A program made the translations under genes and the position numbers. Below are positions 62,432 through 64,000 of a stretch of DNA of 64,000 nucleotides, piece after piece. The number at the start of each line of letters is the position of its first letter. Position 1 is the stretch's first letter. The notes under the pieces are model-generated. The model was not told the origin of the DNA. It was given only the letters and a program-made list of their open reading frames with translations, and searched no databases. Source of the stretch: Raja brachyura (taxonomy: Eukaryota); NCBI GenBank assembly GCA_963514005.1, contig OY740821.1:13826001-13890000 (forward strand), read 5' to 3'.

Positions 62432-63872
62432 AAGGTGAAAACCACCATCAAATACTGCCCATTATCTCGTTGCGTGGTATGCATGGTACAACAAGCCGTT
62501 ATGTGGGGGAGGGATAGGGAAAACGTTTTTTTTTAAATGTTTGTACTTAAATAGTTTTCAAAAATGTTTTTGGATGTGTTTAGTCTTGCACGAAGGGCGA
62601 GAATTGCTATTTTTTGTGATCAGTTACTGCAGTTGGAGTGCCAGGAGGGTACGTGGGTCTGGATATTCGTACACGAAGGCGGTGGAGAGTATTCTAAATG
62701 GTTCTGCCTCTTTATTTTGGCCGTTTGACTAGGTCTGATTATTACAGTTTACACTTTCTGAATGAGGACTTGGATTTTGTGTTCACGTGGTTTGAGGTGT
62801 TTCTTGACCAAGAAAGTAGAGGCCTAGTGTTCTGGTAGTGTTGAAAACGTGGTAGTTATTGGATGTGTACAATCCAGGAAGTGTTAAATTTCTATAATTC
62901 TGATGGCAAGTACAGAAGTGGTCACATACTTTGTACAGGTTCAATTTCTTACTTTTGTATTGTTACTAATTAATAATGCCCTGCCTTATGGAAGAAAATA
63001 GTATGCAAATGTAAATGAATGGAAAGCCAAGAGTGCAAAAATGGAAACAAAAGTGGTTTGGCACACTGTAATTTGCTTGGAGCTACCTTGAGTAACTTGC
63101 TTGAGCTTGTCTTCACATTTGAAGTCACAGACATGTTCACACCACCTGCTGATTTCCATGGTATTTCAGGGCAACTCTGTAGTGAGCCCCTGATTAGAGA
63201 GGTTTTGTGCAGATGAAACCTTTCCTTTGTAATTGAAATGAGTACTGGATTAACAAGGCTAGTTGTACAAGATATATTGTTCTGCTATGTAAGTACTTTA
63301 AAGGGAAACAAATGTTGGGAATGGACTTGTTGGTGTTGTTTCCAATAAATTGTCTGCTACCTGTGGAAGTATCGACAAGGGGCTTCAAATTTTGTTTTGG
63401 TCAAGTTGTGTGCTTCCTTGGCTAAAGCGGATAATTTGTGTGGAGCACTGCCATGATGAGTTAGGCTGGCACTGTTTGGAGATCATCATACTGATTTTTT
63501 CCCCATAAATATTGGTGCACATTTTGTGCACATTTTTAAAAGAAGTTCTGATGGCACATCAGGATGTGATCTGTTCTGGAGTTGGAAAACTTTATAAACC
63601 TGAAAATGCAGATAAATTTTGCGCGCACCTCACTTGTGGATTTAACATTCCCCAGTGACTTTTTTTCCTTGTGCAAGCAAAGATATTGCACACACCTCCC
63701 TGCTAACTGCCACTTAATCTTGCTACCCCGGCCACTAATTCCAGTGTTTTATAGAATGCGCAGCAGTTAGTTTGTAAACGATCGCTCTTTCTCTGTAAAG
63801 ACCTGCCTTTTTTTTCTTTTGCAGTTGCTTGCGTAGTGCCTTGGCTAAACAGCGCAGAAATAATCTATAAAA

Positions 63873-64000
63873 ATGCCAGATAACGGCACCGAGGAGGCTG
63901 GCCCCAGTACAGATGATATTTGCCGTGACTTCCTGCGCAACGTCTGCAACCGCGGTAAGCGCTGCAAGTTCCGCCACCCAGACGCTAATGAGATGTCCAC
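63873..64000 (+). CDS. ZC3H10: ZC3H10-like paralog (copy 4), 5' part only; runs off the window
   Basis: Acceptor ttttcttttgcag| at 63824/63825; ATG at 63873; MPDNGTEEAGPSTDDICRDFLRNVCNRGKRCKFRHPDANEMS is open to the window edge. Confidence 0.85.
   Translation, partial: MPDNGTEEAGPSTDDICRDFLRNVCNRGKRCKFRHPDANEMS

Overview
Vertebrate genomic DNA. The repeat content (elasmobranch-type tRNA SINEs, CR1 and Rex1/Babar LINE fragments, Penelope-like terminal repeats) suggests a cartilaginous fish, probably a skate or ray; this is inference. The window holds a complete four-exon aquaporin-0 (MIP) gene on + (280-10119, 263 aa) whose pore residues look AQP1/AQP2-like (F23, N40, T149, C181). It is followed by a cluster of four ZC3H10 (CCCH zinc-finger) copies, although the gene is to my knowledge single-copy in mammals: (1) a canonical copy on - (21744-22940); (2) a divergent + copy whose first finger is amplified into four 159-bp units, giving six fingers, with a 1-nt frameshift in the tail (37274-38821/38934); (3) a decayed + pseudogene (~54463-54950); (4) an apparently intact + copy running off the window end (63873->64000). 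A ~700-bp non-coding module, identical over 536 bp by eye, lies upstream of copies 3 and 4, and short motifs from it recur upstream of copy 2. Also present are a ~60-bp-period array of MTF-1-like (MRE) cores in MIP intron 1, Penelope-derived hairpins with hammerhead ribozyme cores, and a ~640-bp GC-rich foldback element. All identifications are by eye; no searches were run.
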